Counted from the stretch's first letter, positions 47,487-58,534 are shown. The stretch: 64,000 bases of DNA from Candidatus Microgenomatus sp. (GCA_020724585.1 DYGS01000001.1:358002-422001); one strand, 5' to 3'. The notes: a model not told the origin generated them from the sequence alone. A program made the numbers and translations.

Positions 47487-49754
47487 ATGACTAATCTGCC
47501 CTTGGTAGTTGATTTTAAAGATATTGATAAACATTCTCTTTCTCTGGTTGGAGGAAAAGGAGCTAATTTGGGGGAAATGGTTAACGCGGGCTTTCCTGTG
47601 CCTAACGGTTTTGCAGTTACCGTGCCCGCCTACCAAAAATTTTTAGAAGAAAATAATATATCGCAAAAGATATACGACATATTAGCTGTTACAAATGTCG
47701 AAGACCCCGCTCAGTTAGAGCAGGCGTCTAAAAAAATTCAAAAAATCGTTATATCATCTAAATTTCCTGAGACAGTTTTTAAAGATTTGATTGCAAGCTA
47801 CCGTAAATTATCAGGCAGATTTGCCAGTGCTTTGGTTGCAGTTAGATCATCAGCGACTGCTGAAGATTTGCCAGGCATGAGTTTCGCGGGTCAGCAGGCT
47901 ACATTTTTGAATATTAAAGGCGAGACCAATCTTCAAATAGCGGTGAGAGAGTGTTGGGCATCGCTTTTTACTCCTAGGGCAATTTATTATCGTGTTCACA
48001 ATAAAATAAAGCACGAAAAAGTTGGAATTTCTGTAATTGTTCAAAAAATGATCCAAAGCGAGGTTTCCGGAATTATGTTTTCGATTGATCCAGTCACAAA
48101 TCTAAAAGACAGAATTGTTATAGATGCTGTTTGGGGTTTGGGTGAAATGATTGTCCAGGGTGCATATGTACCTGATCACTATGTTGTTCAAAAAGAGACC
48201 TTTGCGATTCTATCGAAAGAAGTTAATTTTCAAGAAAAGCAATTAATTAAAAAGGGCCAAGAGACTAAAGAGGTTGATGTGCCAAGGAAAATGCGAGACA
48301 GGGCAAAACTCGATGATAAAAAAATTATTGATCTAGCTAAACTTGCCCAAAAACTGCAGGATCATTACTTTTTTCCTCAAGATATTGAGTGGGCAATGGA
48401 GAAAGAAAAGTTATATATTGTACAGACAAGACCGATAACAACTATAGAAAAAACTCAAAAACTCCAAAACTCAAGTCAAGTTCAAAGCGAAAATAGTGCA
48501 CCGATACTTAAAGGAATACCAGCTTCCCCTGGAATTGGAACAGGCAAAGTTGTAATTCTTAAAAGTCCTAAAGAAATCGACAAAATTTCAAAGGGTGATG
48601 TTTTGGTTGCCCCAATGACATCGCCTGATTATGTGCCTGCGATGAAGAAGGCTTCGGCAATTATTACCAACGAGGGTGGGATGACAAGCCATGCGGCAAT
48701 AGTCTCAAGGGAAATGGGAACTCCTTGCGTGGTTGGAACCAAAAAAGCAACAGAAGTTTTAAAAGAAGGCGACATAGTAACGGTTAATGGAAAAACGGGA
48801 GAAATATATGATGGTAACAAAACTCAAGGAATCAAAGATTCAAAAACTCAAAGCAATGAAAAAGTTAAAAATAAAAATTTAAAGACAGCAACAAAATTAT
48901 ATGTAAATTTGGCTGAACCTGACAGAGCCAAAGAAGTTTCCAAAATGAATGTTGACGGAGTAGGTCTTCTTCGAGCAGAATTTATGATAGCCGATATTGG
49001 AATCCACCCCAAAGAAGCAATTAAAAGAAAAATTCAGCACACTTTTATAGATAAATTAGTTGGGAATTTAGAAAAATTCTGCGAAAGTTTTTATCCGAGG
49101 CAAGTTATCTATCGGGCTACGGATTTTAAAACTAATGAGTATCGAAGTTTGGAAGGCGGTAAGTTCTGGGAGCCATTGGAACCTAACCCAATGCTTGGCT
49201 TTCGCGGCGCTTTTAGATATGTTTCTGACCCCGAAGTTTTTAACCTTGAGCTTCAGGCAATTAAAAAAGTAAGAGAAAAATATAATAATTTACAGATAAT
49301 GATCCCTTTTGTTAGAAGTCCGGATGAGCTGAGAAGAGTAAAAAGGATTGTTCATTCAAACGGCCTTTTTGAGGATCTGAGTTTTAAGTTTTGGATGATG
49401 GTCGAATTGCCTGTAAATGTGATTTTATTGGAAGAATTCATTAAGGTAGGAATTGATGGAGTATCGATAGGCAGTAACGACTTGACCATGCTTTTACAGG
49501 GAACTGATCGCGATAATGCTACAGTTTCCTCAGCTTTTAACGAGATGCAGCCGGAGGTTATCTGGGCAATCAAAAAAGTTATTAAAACATGCAACAAATA
49601 TGGTATAACATCGTCTATTTGCGGCCAGGCGGCAAGCAGTTATAATGAACTGGTGGAAGTTTTAATTAAAGCGGGAATTACATCAGTCTCTGTAAATCCT
49701 GATGCAGTTGAAAGAACAAGGCAGATGATTTATGAAACAGAGAAGTTGATATAG
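47487..49754 (+). CDS. ppsA: Phosphoenolpyruvate synthase / pyruvate,phosphate dikinase family enzyme
   Basis: An N-terminal ATP-grasp region (LVGGKGANLGEM), the phospho-His motif GGMTSHAAIVSREMG, and a C-terminal PEP-utilizer TIM-barrel domain. Confidence 0.8.
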   Translation: MTNLPLVVDFKDIDKHSLSLVGGKGANLGEMVNAGFPVPNGFAVTVPAYQKFLEENNISQKIYDILAVTNVEDPAQLEQASKKIQKIVISSKFPETVFKDLIASYRKLSGRFASALVAVRSSATAEDLPGMSFAGQQATFLNIKGETNLQIAVRECWASLFTPRAIYYRVHNKIKHEKVGISVIVQKMIQSEVSGIMFSIDPVTNLKDRIVIDAVWGLGEMIVQGAYVPDHYVVQKETFAILSKEVNFQEKQLIKKGQETKEVDVPRKMRDRAKLDDKKIIDLAKLAQKLQDHYFFPQDIEWAMEKEKLYIVQTRPITTIEKTQKLQNSSQVQSENSAPILKGIPASPGIGTGKVVILKSPKEIDKISKGDVLVAPMTSPDYVPAMKKASAIITNEGGMTSHAAIVSREMGTPCVVGTKKATEVLKEGDIVTVNGKTGEIYDGNKTQGIKDSKTQSNEKVKNKNLKTATKLYVNLAEPDRAKEVSKMNVDGVGLLRAEFMIADIGIHPKEAIKRKIQHTFIDKLVGNLEKFCESFYPRQVIYRATDFKTNEYRSLEGGKFWEPLEPNPMLGFRGAFRYVSDPEVFNLELQAIKKVREKYNNLQIMIPFVRSPDELRRVKRIVHSNGLFEDLSFKFWMMVELPVNVILLEEFIKVGIDGVSIGSNDLTMLLQGTDRDNATVSSAFNEMQPEVIWAIKKVIKTCNKYGITSSICGQAASSYNELVEVLIKAGITSVSVNPDAVERTRQMIYETEKLI

Positions 49755-49845
49755 ATTGCTTTTCCCGCAGTGCGGAATCGCAATGACACGGCTTTCTTGA
49801 TTGTCATGGCGACCACAGATGAAGCGTAGTGGATGGTGATCTAGC
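49755..49845. repeat. GC-rich composite intergenic repeat, copy 2 (module A then module B)
   Basis: TGCTTTTCCCGCAGTGCGGAATCGCAATGACA followed by TGTCATGGCGACCACAGATGAAGCGTAGTGGATGGTGATCT. Hairpin CGCAATGACA/TGTCATGGCG. Confidence 0.6.
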
Positions 49846-49856
49846 AATATAAAAAT

Positions 49857-51125
49857 ATGAGTACTATAAAAAGAATTTGGGCTCGAGAAATATTGGACAG
49901 CCGTGGGATTCCAACTGTTGAGTGCTATTGTCAATTGGATGATGGTAGATTTGCGACAGCCTCTGTTCCCGCTGGGACATCGATGGGCAGTCATGAGGCC
50001 TTGGAATTGCGAGATAAAGATGCTACCCGATACCACGGAGAAGGGGTTTTAAAAGCAGTTGAAAATATTAATAGCGTTTTGGGTCCTGCTTTGTCGGGTT
50101 TAAATCCTTTAGAACAAGCCCAGATTGATCAAAAATTAATCGAACTTGACGGTACTGAGAACAAATCAAAATACGGGGCAAATGCAATATTAGCCGTTTC
50201 TATTGCAATTTGTAAGGTCGGTGCAACTTCACAAAATAAAGCGCTTTATACCTGGATTAACGAGCTTTGCACTTCGCTTGGAATGAAGCCTGGGGTAAAA
50301 CTGCCTACTCCCCTTTTAAATATGATAAATGGCGGCCTTCATGGGGCGGGAAACTTGGATTTTCAGGAGTTTTGGATGATACCTGCAACTAATAAGTCGT
50401 TTAGCGAGGGCTTGAGAATGGGTGTGGAAGTTTATCAGACAATAGGTGAAAATTTAGCCCGAAGAGGAGCTATTCATTCAGTGGGTCATGAAGGGGGTTA
50501 TGCTCCTAATTTATTTACCAATGCCGACGCTTTTGAGGTTTTTGTAGAATCTGTTCGCCAGACCAATTACTCAATGGGCAGGGATGTATTTTTAGGTCTT
50601 GATGTCGCGGCCAACAGTTTTTATAAGGACGGCGAGTATCAAATCAGAGATAGATCAAGTAGCTTAACAGATGACCAATTGTTAGATTATTATAAAGAAC
50701 TTGTAAATAATTATAAGCTTGCGATTTTAGAGGATGCTTTTCATGAGGATGCTTGGGGATCATGGAAAAAACTATACAATGAACTTGCAGGAACTTCAAT
50801 TATAGTTGGCGACGATTTAATTGTGACCAATCCCAAAAGAATACAGAAAGCAATTGATGAAAAAGCTTGCAATTGTGCCGTAATAAAGCCAAATCAAATC
50901 GGAACAGTCTTTGAAACTTTGCAGGTAGTTAAAATGGTAAAAGAGGCAGGCTGGAAAACTTTGACATCTCATAGAAGCGGCGAGACAAATGACACATTTA
51001 TTGCGGATTTTGCGGTTGGCATTGCCTCAGATTATGCCAAATTTGGCGCACCAGCAAGAGGAGAAAGAGTTGCAAAGTATAACAGGCTTTCAGCTATAGA
51101 AATTGAACTTTCGTATTTTAAATGA
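49857..51125 (+). CDS. eno: Enolase
   Basis: N-terminus IKRIWAREILDSRGIPTVE plus the SHRSGETND active-site motif. Confidence 0.95.
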   Translation: MSTIKRIWAREILDSRGIPTVECYCQLDDGRFATASVPAGTSMGSHEALELRDKDATRYHGEGVLKAVENINSVLGPALSGLNPLEQAQIDQKLIELDGTENKSKYGANAILAVSIAICKVGATSQNKALYTWINELCTSLGMKPGVKLPTPLLNMINGGLHGAGNLDFQEFWMIPATNKSFSEGLRMGVEVYQTIGENLARRGAIHSVGHEGGYAPNLFTNADAFEVFVESVRQTNYSMGRDVFLGLDVAANSFYKDGEYQIRDRSSSLTDDQLLDYYKELVNNYKLAILEDAFHEDAWGSWKKLYNELAGTSIIVGDDLIVTNPKRIQKAIDEKACNCAVIKPNQIGTVFETLQVVKMVKEAGWKTLTSHRSGETNDTFIADFAVGIASDYAKFGAPARGERVAKYNRLSAIEIELSYFK

Positions 51126-52774
51126 AACTGACTAATCTTCCTAAATTTGTGATTTTAACAGTTCTTGATGGTTGGGGAATATCTGCCCCAGGACCGGGAA
51201 ATGCTATATCGCTTGCAAACACTATAAACATCAATAGGCTTACATCAAGTTATCCTCATACAGAATTAAAAGCCTCAGGTGCGGAAGTTGGCCTTCCTCC
51301 CAACGAAGATGGAAACACCGAAACGGGACATTTAAATTTGGGTGCAGGCAGAATTGTTTATCAGGATTTGGTTAGAATTAATATGTCAATTGCGGATGGT
51401 TCTTTTTTTATAAACGAAACTCTTCTTGGAGCAATTTCTCACGCCAAATCAAATAACTCAAATCTTCACCTGATGGGTCTTGTAGGTTCGGGCGGAGTGC
51501 ATTCAAATATTGAACATTTATTTGCTTTAATTCAACTTTGCAATAGAAATGATTTTAATAGAGTTTTTTTGCATCTATTCACGGATGGCAGAGATTCTCC
51601 GCCTACTGCGGCAAAAATTTACATTGAAAGAATAAAAGAAGTAATAAATAGGGAAAAGGTGGGTAAAATTGCAAGCCTTATGGGCAGATATTGGGCAATG
51701 GATAGAGATTTGCGTTGGGACAGAACAGAAAAAGCCTATAGGGCATTAACTTTGGGGGAGGGGGATTTGGTTAAAACAGCCGAGGAAGCAATAGAAGCGT
51801 CGTACAATAATGGCAAGACAGATGAGTTTGTCGACCCCGCTTTAATATCGGATGAGCAGGGAAAGCCAATAGGGATCATAAGGGAAAATGATGCAGTTAT
51901 ATTCTTTAATTTTAGGATAGATAGGCCAAGACAGCTTTCAAGAGCTTTTGTTTACGAGGATTTGACAAAAGCGATAACTACCCATTCTTTCGACCCTTTT
52001 CTTGTCAAATACACTAAAAAACATGTAGCCTCAAACTTTGAAGGCAAAATGCCATTTAATAGACCGCCTAGATTAAAGAATTTGTTTTTTGTAACAATGA
52101 CGCAATATGAAAAACCTTTGGAAGACGAAGGGGCAAAAGTTGCTTTTAAGCCTGAAGCGGTTGATATGCCTTTGGGGAGAGTTATATCGGAACACGGATA
52201 TAAACAGTTAAGGGTGGCTGAAAGCGAGAAGGAGAGGTTTGTTACTTTCTATTTCAATGGACAGCAGGAAATTCCAATGGAGCTTGAGGACAGATTGATT
52301 ATCCCATCTCCTAATGTTTCGACATATGACTTGAAACCAGAAATGAGTTCGGTTGAGTTAACTAATGCAATGCTTGCCAAACTAAAAAATTCACCTGATT
52401 ATAAATTTATTTTAGTTAATTTTGCGGCACCTGATATGGTTTCCCATACCGGCAATATTGGAGCGGCTGTCAAGGCCTGCCAAGTAGTTGATGAGTGCGT
52501 TGGTAGAATTGCAAATTATTGTTTAGCTTATGATGGAGCAATGTTAATAACAGCTGACCATGGGAATTGCGAGGAAATGATTGACCCTCATACCGGTCAA
52601 GTTGAAACAGAGCATTCGACAAACACAGTTCCTTTTATTGTGGTTTCAAAAGAACTTATGGGCAGAGGGGAAATGCTTCCGGCTGGAATTTTGGCTGATG
52701 TTGCTCCAACTGTATTAAATTTATTAGGTATTCAAGTGCCAACTCAAATGACAGGAAGAAATTTGTTGGGTTAA
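51122..52774 (+). CDS. gpmI: 2,3-bisphosphoglycerate-independent phosphoglycerate mutase
   Basis: N-terminus VLDGWGIS...GNAI, catalytic Ser region GNTETGHLNLGAGR, and a C-terminal ADHGN. Confidence 0.9.
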   Translation: MKLTNLPKFVILTVLDGWGISAPGPGNAISLANTININRLTSSYPHTELKASGAEVGLPPNEDGNTETGHLNLGAGRIVYQDLVRINMSIADGSFFINETLLGAISHAKSNNSNLHLMGLVGSGGVHSNIEHLFALIQLCNRNDFNRVFLHLFTDGRDSPPTAAKIYIERIKEVINREKVGKIASLMGRYWAMDRDLRWDRTEKAYRALTLGEGDLVKTAEEAIEASYNNGKTDEFVDPALISDEQGKPIGIIRENDAVIFFNFRIDRPRQLSRAFVYEDLTKAITTHSFDPFLVKYTKKHVASNFEGKMPFNRPPRLKNLFFVTMTQYEKPLEDEGAKVAFKPEAVDMPLGRVISEHGYKQLRVAESEKERFVTFYFNGQQEIPMELEDRLIIPSPNVSTYDLKPEMSSVELTNAMLAKLKNSPDYKFILVNFAAPDMVSHTGNIGAAVKACQVVDECVGRIANYCLAYDGAMLITADHGNCEEMIDPHTGQVETEHSTNTVPFIVVSKELMGRGEMLPAGILADVAPTVLNLLGIQVPTQMTGRNLLG

Positions 52775-53403
52775 CTGTATCTTCTAATTAATCCAACGAC
52801 ACGGCCTTGGACAACTACTTCTTTGGCAAAAATTGGCTGCATTTTAGAATTAGCAGGCTCAAGTCTTATTCTAGTTGCTTCTTTGAAGTACCTTTTAAGG
52901 GTGGCTAAGCCATTCTTCAAAAGAGCCACGACTATTTGCCCGTCCCTTGCGGTTTCTGTTTGCTCACAAATTACAAAATCACCATCATCAATATGATCTT
53001 CAATCATTGATTGACCTTTAACCTGCAAAACATAAATTCTTTTTCCCGATTTCATAAATGAAGGAGGAATTGAAATATGGGCATTAGGGTCAGTCATTGG
53101 CTCGATTGGTTCGCCTGCGGCAATGTAACCTAAAATTGGTACAGTGACGCCTTCATTATTAATATTTATAGGGGTAGTCAATTCCATTTTTCGAAGTCTT
53201 CCCGAGGTTCTTTTTAATAGTCCTTTTTCAACTAGACTTTCAACATGCTCGTGAACGGTTGCAAGCGAACTAACACCAATTGCGTCGGCAATAGAACGAA
53301 GAGTTGGAGCATATCCCGTTGCTTCAACTGTCTGCCTTATAAAATCCAGAATTTGCGCTTGTCTTCTGTAAACTACTGGGACAGTTTTCGGATTATTTTT
53401 CAT
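52771..53403 (-). CDS. lexA: LexA-like transcriptional repressor (S24 peptidase)
   Basis: An N-terminal wHTH (LRSIADAIGVSSLATVHEHVESL), a cleavage-site region, and a C-terminal S24 peptidase with VKGQSM and a Lys. The listed ORF extends to 53460; an internal ATG is at 53403. Confidence 0.8.
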   Translation of the reverse strand: MKNNPKTVPVVYRRQAQILDFIRQTVEATGYAPTLRSIADAIGVSSLATVHEHVESLVEKGLLKRTSGRLRKMELTTPININNEGVTVPILGYIAAGEPIEPMTDPNAHISIPPSFMKSGKRIYVLQVKGQSMIEDHIDDGDFVICEQTETARDGQIVVALLKNGLATLKRYFKEATRIRLEPANSKMQPIFAKEVVVQGRVVGLIRRYS

Positions 53404-53474
53404 ACTTATAACAATATACGAATATTTGCCGAACGGGTCAACTATATCTTTATATATCATGATAAAATAGCTAA

Positions 53475-55550
53475 ATGAAGTTTGAAATTAAATCAACAAA
53501 TAAACCGACGAATGAGCAAAAAAAAGCTATAGACCAATTGGTAAATAATTTTGTCAATTCAAAAAAATACCAAACGCTTTTAGGTGTAACCGGCTCGGGC
53601 AAAACTTTCGTAACCGCAAATGTTATTGAAAGGCTACAAAGGCCAACCCTGATTATTTCCCATAACAAGACCTTAGCGGCACAGCTTTACCAGGAAATGC
53701 GAGATTTATTTCCAAAAAATGCTGTCTCCTATTTTGTTTCTTATTATGATTATTATCAGCCTGAAAGCTATATTCCTTCAACTGATACCTATATTGAAAA
53801 AGACTCTGCCATAAACGAGTTGATTGATAAATTGAGGCTATCTGCAACCACCAATTTATTAACAAGAAAAGATGTTATTGTTGTGGCCTCAGTTTCTGCT
53901 ATTTATAACATCGGTTCTCCGAATGAATATGGAAAATTTGCGTTTGAATTTGCAACCGGAATGAAAGTTGCAAGAGAGCAAATAATCAATCGTCTTTTAG
54001 ACCTGCAGTATGAGAGATCTGAATTTGGCTTTAATAGAGGAACTTTTAGAATACGGGGTGAAAATATTGATGTCTATCCTGCTTATGAGGATATCGGGGT
54101 AAGAATAGAGGAATCAGATGGAGTTATTAAATCAATTAAAAAAATTAATACTATTACGGGCGAAGAGATTAAAGACCATGAATCAATAAGCAAAAACTAT
54201 GTGCTTTTTCCAGCCAAACATTTTATAACAGATTCCAAATCACACGCTAAAGCATTTGAACAAATTAAAAAAGATTTAGAATTTAGAGTTGAGGAATTAA
54301 GAAAAGCAAATAAATTACTTGAAGCACAGAGGTTATCTCAACGGGTTAATTATGATCTTGAGATGATTAAAGAAATTGGCTATGTTAAGGGCATTGAAAA
54401 TTACTCTCGATATTTTGATGGAAGAAAACCCGGGGATCCTCCCTACACATTGCTTGATTATTTTTCGGTTTGTGCAGATGACAAAGATTATCTGGTTATT
54501 GTTGATGAAAGTCACATTACTTTTCCTCAAGTAAGGGGCATGTATAATGGAGATTTTTCAAGAAAAAAGACTCTGATAGATTACGGCTTTAGGCTTCCTT
54601 CAGCTTTTGATAATAGACCATTAAAATTTGACGAATTTTTAAGAAAGATTCCCAATTTTATAGCTTTAAGCGCAACTCCAAATGAATGGGAAGTTAGTAT
54701 GTCTACGACAAATGCTAAATTACAAATGCTAAATTCTAAATTAAACACAAAAAACATGAATGCAGGTGTAGTTGAGTTATTAGTTAGACCTACGGGAATC
54801 CCTGATCCAAAAGTGACAATAAAGCCGACCACAAATCAAGTCAAAGATGTAATTGAAGAAATTAAAAAAGAAATATCAAACAAAAGAAGAGTTTTGGTAA
54901 CTACCCTAACTAAAAAAACGGCAGAAGATCTAACTAGCTATCTTCAAGAACAAGGATTAAAAGTAGCATATTTACATAGCGATGTTGATACGCTTGATAG
55001 AAGCGATATTTTGGATAATTTAAGAAAAGGAACATACGATTGTTTGGTTGGCATAAACCTTCTAAGGGAGGGCCTTGATCTTCCTGAAGTTGGTTTAGTT
55101 GCAATATTAGACGCTGACAAAGAAGGATTTTTAAGAAGTGAAACAAGTTTAATACAGACAATGGGAAGGGCGGCAAGACATGTTGAGGGAAGAGTTATTA
55201 TGTATGCTGATAAAATAACAGATTCGATGAAAAGAGCCTTAGCTGAGGTGGAAAGAAGACGGAAGTATCAGTTAGATATAAATAAAAAATATAACATAAT
55301 TCCCAAGTCCATTGCCAAGCCAATAAGAGAGAAAATTATTGAAAAAGAAGAAGAAAACAAATCAAAAGCAATTGGCTTAGGCCTTGAAACATATACAAAA
55401 CTTCCTGAAATTGATATGGCTTCTTTAACACCAATGGACAAAAAAAGACTTATTAAAAATTTGCAAAAAGAAATGGTTTTGGCCGCAAAAGACTTAAACT
55501 TTGAACTGGCGGTTATAATTAGAGATAAAATTAAAGAAATCTCGCCTTAA
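53475..55550 (+). CDS. uvrB: Excinuclease ABC subunit B
   Basis: GVTGSGKTF Walker A, a helicase core, and a C-terminal UvrB/UvrC interaction motif (ELAVIIRDKIKEI). Confidence 0.95.
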   Translation: MKFEIKSTNKPTNEQKKAIDQLVNNFVNSKKYQTLLGVTGSGKTFVTANVIERLQRPTLIISHNKTLAAQLYQEMRDLFPKNAVSYFVSYYDYYQPESYIPSTDTYIEKDSAINELIDKLRLSATTNLLTRKDVIVVASVSAIYNIGSPNEYGKFAFEFATGMKVAREQIINRLLDLQYERSEFGFNRGTFRIRGENIDVYPAYEDIGVRIEESDGVIKSIKKINTITGEEIKDHESISKNYVLFPAKHFITDSKSHAKAFEQIKKDLEFRVEELRKANKLLEAQRLSQRVNYDLEMIKEIGYVKGIENYSRYFDGRKPGDPPYTLLDYFSVCADDKDYLVIVDESHITFPQVRGMYNGDFSRKKTLIDYGFRLPSAFDNRPLKFDEFLRKIPNFIALSATPNEWEVSMSTTNAKLQMLNSKLNTKNMNAGVVELLVRPTGIPDPKVTIKPTTNQVKDVIEEIKKEISNKRRVLVTTLTKKTAEDLTSYLQEQGLKVAYLHSDVDTLDRSDILDNLRKGTYDCLVGINLLREGLDLPEVGLVAILDADKEGFLRSETSLIQTMGRAARHVEGRVIMYADKITDSMKRALAEVERRRKYQLDINKKYNIIPKSIAKPIREKIIEKEEENKSKAIGLGLETYTKLPEIDMASLTPMDKKRLIKNLQKEMVLAAKDLNFELAVIIRDKIKEISP

Positions 55551-55588
55551 GAATTTTTGGTATAATTAAAGAGTCCGCTGGTAATCCA

Positions 55589-58453
55589 GTGGGGTTTATG
55601 CATGATTTAATTAAAGTAGTTGGGGCGCGGCAGAACAATTTAAAAAATATATCTATTGATATACCCAAAAACAAACTTGTTGTTTTAACAGGTGTATCAG
55701 GCAGTGGAAAATCTTCGTTTGCTTTTGATACTTTGTATGCTGAAGGGCAAAGGAGGTATGTAGAAAGCCTTTCAACCTATGCCAGACAGTTTTTAGGCAT
55801 AATGGAAAAGCCCGATGTTGATTCAATTACAGGATTATCCCCATCTATTTCAATTGACCAAAAAACAACTTCTAAAAATCCGAGATCAACGGTAGGAACT
55901 GTTACCGAAATATATGATTATTTACGACTTCTATTTGCAAGAGTTGGACACCCGCATTGTCCTAAATGCGGTCGTGAAATAAGCCAGCAAACATTGGAGC
56001 AAATTGTAGATAAAATACTACAAGAGAAAGGCAAATTTTATCTTCTTGCGCCTGTAATTAAAGATAGAAAGGGAGAGTTTTCAAGCCTTTTTGATAATCT
56101 TAAATCTAAAGGTTATTCTAGAGTTAGAATTGATGGAATTTATAAAGAGCTATCAGATGATTTTACTTTAATTAAAACAAATAAACACACTATAGATGTA
56201 GTTGTTGATAAATTTACTATAGACACCTTAAAGGGTGTAACCCTTAAAGGTCGACTTTTTGATTCAGTTTCTCAAAGTTTATCACTGTCCGATGGATATG
56301 TAATTTTGTCTAAAATTAAAGATCCTTCTTTTGCAATTCCGGAATATCCAAAAGATTTTGAAGATCATTTGTTTTCTGAAAAATTTTCTTGTCCAGTTGA
56401 TAATATCTCTTTACCAGAAATAGAGCCGAGATCATTCTCTTTTAATTCTCCACATGGTGCATGCCCAACTTGCACAGGACTAGGAAAAATTTTGAAAGTT
56501 GAACCTGGCTTAGTATTTTTACCCGATTTGACCATCAAGGAAGGTGGTATAAGGCCTTTTGCCAACATGATTGAAAGCGAAAGCTATTTTGGCAGAATCA
56601 TTTTAAATTTTTGCGACAAAAATGGAATTTCTGTAAATACCCCAATTAAGGATTTGGATAAAAATAAGTTAAATATCTTGCTTTATGGGGGAAAAGGTTT
56701 TGAAGGGATAGCCAATAATTTGGAAAGAAGATATCGAGAAACTGAAAGTGAATGGTCGAGAGAGGAAATCCAAAAATACATGAAGGAAATGATTTGCAAT
56801 AGCTGTAATGGAGCAAGACTTAAAAAAGAAGCCCTCTCGATAACTGTTGCCGGAAGAAATATATCGGAATATACGCAATATTCTATATCCAATCTGTATC
56901 GATGTATTAATACATCGATACAAAAAGAACTCAACCAAAGAGAAAAAGAAATTGGAAGGTTGATAATAAAGGAAATTTTAGGAAGACTTGAATTTTTGAC
57001 TTCAGTGGGCCTTGAATATTTAAGCCTTGATAGGGTAGCAGGAACATTATCAGGAGGTGAGGCTCAAAGGATAAGACTGGCAAGTCAAATTGGATCAGGT
57101 TTAACAGGGGTTTTGTATGTTTTGGATGAGCCTACAATTGGGCTTCACCAAAAAGACAATCAAAAGTTAATAGATACATTAAAACATTTAAGAGATTTAG
57201 GAAATTCTGTAGTTGTTGTTGAACATGATGAAGAAATGATGAGGCAAAGTGATTTTTTAGTGGATTTTGGTCCTTTAGCAGGGAAATTAGGTGGTGAAAT
57301 TGTAGCATCTGGAACGCCTAAAGAAGTTATGAATAATCCTAAATCGATAACAGGTGCATATCTTTCGGGACGAAAGAAAATTAGTTTATCAAATTTCACA
57401 CCTAGTGTCATTGCGAACGAAGTGAAGCAATCTCAAACTCAGATTGCCGCGTCGCCTATGGCTCCTCGCAATGACAAATTGACAATTTACGGAGCGAGCC
57501 AGTTTAACCTTAAAAACATAAATGTTGAATTTCCATTAGGTAAAATGATTTGCATTACAGGCGTATCGGGCAGTGGCAAATCAACTTTACTGGTTGAAAC
57601 ACTATATCCTGCACTGCAGAGGCAATTTAACCCATTTTTCAAAGGTGATGTCGGCGCATACAGCAGAATCGAAGGTGTAGAAAACATCGATAAAGCAATA
57701 TTAATTGACCAATCCCCAATAGGTAGAACACCCAGAAGCAACCCTGCAACCTACACAGGCCTTTTTGATCCTATCAGAGATTTATTTGCATTAACTAAAG
57801 AGGCAAAAATTAGAGGATTTAAAAAAGGACAATTTTCATTTAATTTAAAAGGAGGAAGATGTGAAGCTTGTGAAGGACAAGGACAAACAAAAATTGAAAT
57901 GCAGTTCATGCCCGATATTTGGATTAATTGTGAGGTCTGCCAAGGAAAGAGATACAATTCCCAAACCTTGGAAGTTTTATATAAGGGTAAAAATATTTCG
58001 GAGATTTTGGATTTAACAATTACCGAGGCGCTTGAGTTTTTTTCTCCAATATCGGCAGTTAGGGAAAAACTGGAAACATTAGAGCAAGTGGGCCTGGGTT
58101 ATATGCAACTGGGCCAAAGTGCAACGACTTTATCAGGAGGTGAAGCACAAAGAGTTAAACTTGCAACAGAACTTTCAAGGCGTCAAACTGGTAGAACTTT
58201 TTATATATTAGATGAACCAACAACTGGTCTTCATTTTGCAGATGTAGAAAGATTATTAAAAGTATTAAAGCTTTTGGTATCAAAAGGAAATACGGTATGT
58301 GTAATAGAGCACAATCTAGATGTTATAAAAAATAGTGATTGGATAATTGATTTAGGCCCAGAAGGTGGTGATAAAGGTGGAGAAGTTGTAGCCACCGGAG
58401 CCCCAAAGGATATTAAAAATAATAAAAACTCAGTAACAGGGAGATATTTATAA
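55589..58453 (+). CDS. uvrA: Excinuclease ABC subunit A
   Basis: Two ABC modules (GVSGSGKSS and GVSGSGKSTL), LSGGEAQR signatures and zinc-finger Cys pairs. Confidence 0.95.
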   Translation: MGFMHDLIKVVGARQNNLKNISIDIPKNKLVVLTGVSGSGKSSFAFDTLYAEGQRRYVESLSTYARQFLGIMEKPDVDSITGLSPSISIDQKTTSKNPRSTVGTVTEIYDYLRLLFARVGHPHCPKCGREISQQTLEQIVDKILQEKGKFYLLAPVIKDRKGEFSSLFDNLKSKGYSRVRIDGIYKELSDDFTLIKTNKHTIDVVVDKFTIDTLKGVTLKGRLFDSVSQSLSLSDGYVILSKIKDPSFAIPEYPKDFEDHLFSEKFSCPVDNISLPEIEPRSFSFNSPHGACPTCTGLGKILKVEPGLVFLPDLTIKEGGIRPFANMIESESYFGRIILNFCDKNGISVNTPIKDLDKNKLNILLYGGKGFEGIANNLERRYRETESEWSREEIQKYMKEMICNSCNGARLKKEALSITVAGRNISEYTQYSISNLYRCINTSIQKELNQREKEIGRLIIKEILGRLEFLTSVGLEYLSLDRVAGTLSGGEAQRIRLASQIGSGLTGVLYVLDEPTIGLHQKDNQKLIDTLKHLRDLGNSVVVVEHDEEMMRQSDFLVDFGPLAGKLGGEIVASGTPKEVMNNPKSITGAYLSGRKKISLSNFTPSVIANEVKQSQTQIAASPMAPRNDKLTIYGASQFNLKNINVEFPLGKMICITGVSGSGKSTLLVETLYPALQRQFNPFFKGDVGAYSRIEGVENIDKAILIDQSPIGRTPRSNPATYTGLFDPIRDLFALTKEAKIRGFKKGQFSFNLKGGRCEACEGQGQTKIEMQFMPDIWINCEVCQGKRYNSQTLEVLYKGKNISEILDLTITEALEFFSPISAVREKLETLEQVGLGYMQLGQSATTLSGGEAQRVKLATELSRRQTGRTFYILDEPTTGLHFADVERLLKVLKLLVSKGNTVCVIEHNLDVIKNSDWIIDLGPEGGDKGGEVVATGAPKDIKNNKNSVTGRYL

Positions 58454-58468
58454 AGGGGTCGAGCAGTA

Positions 58469-58534
58469 TCACATGAGAGGTTGTTTTTAAGGAAAAAAGG
58501 AAAAAGTCCTTTTTCAACAACACATCTCATGTGA
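58469..58534 (+). terminator. Long imperfect inverted repeat immediately after uvrA (terminator-like hairpin)
   Basis: TCACATGAGAGGTTGTT ... AACAACACATCTCATGTGA, about 17-19 bp arms with a 29-nt spacer, beginning 16 nt after the uvrA stop. Confidence 0.35.

Noticed and set aside
53404-53474. Canonical LexA/Cheo box between lexA and uvrB
   Set aside because: Only a partial half-site-like sequence (CGAACGGGTCAAC) was visible by eye, not a confident operator. Left as a question in findings.
57447-57457. 11-mer TCGCAATGACA inside the uvrA coding sequence as a fourth copy of the intergenic repeat
   Set aside because: It lies in-frame in a variable linker of UvrA (..MAPRNDKL..) with no flanking similarity to modules A or B. 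Probably coincidental, though it inflates the k-mer count.
56365-57957. Multiple small minus-strand ORFs inside uvrA
   Set aside because: Antisense shadows within a highly conserved ABC ATPase gene.
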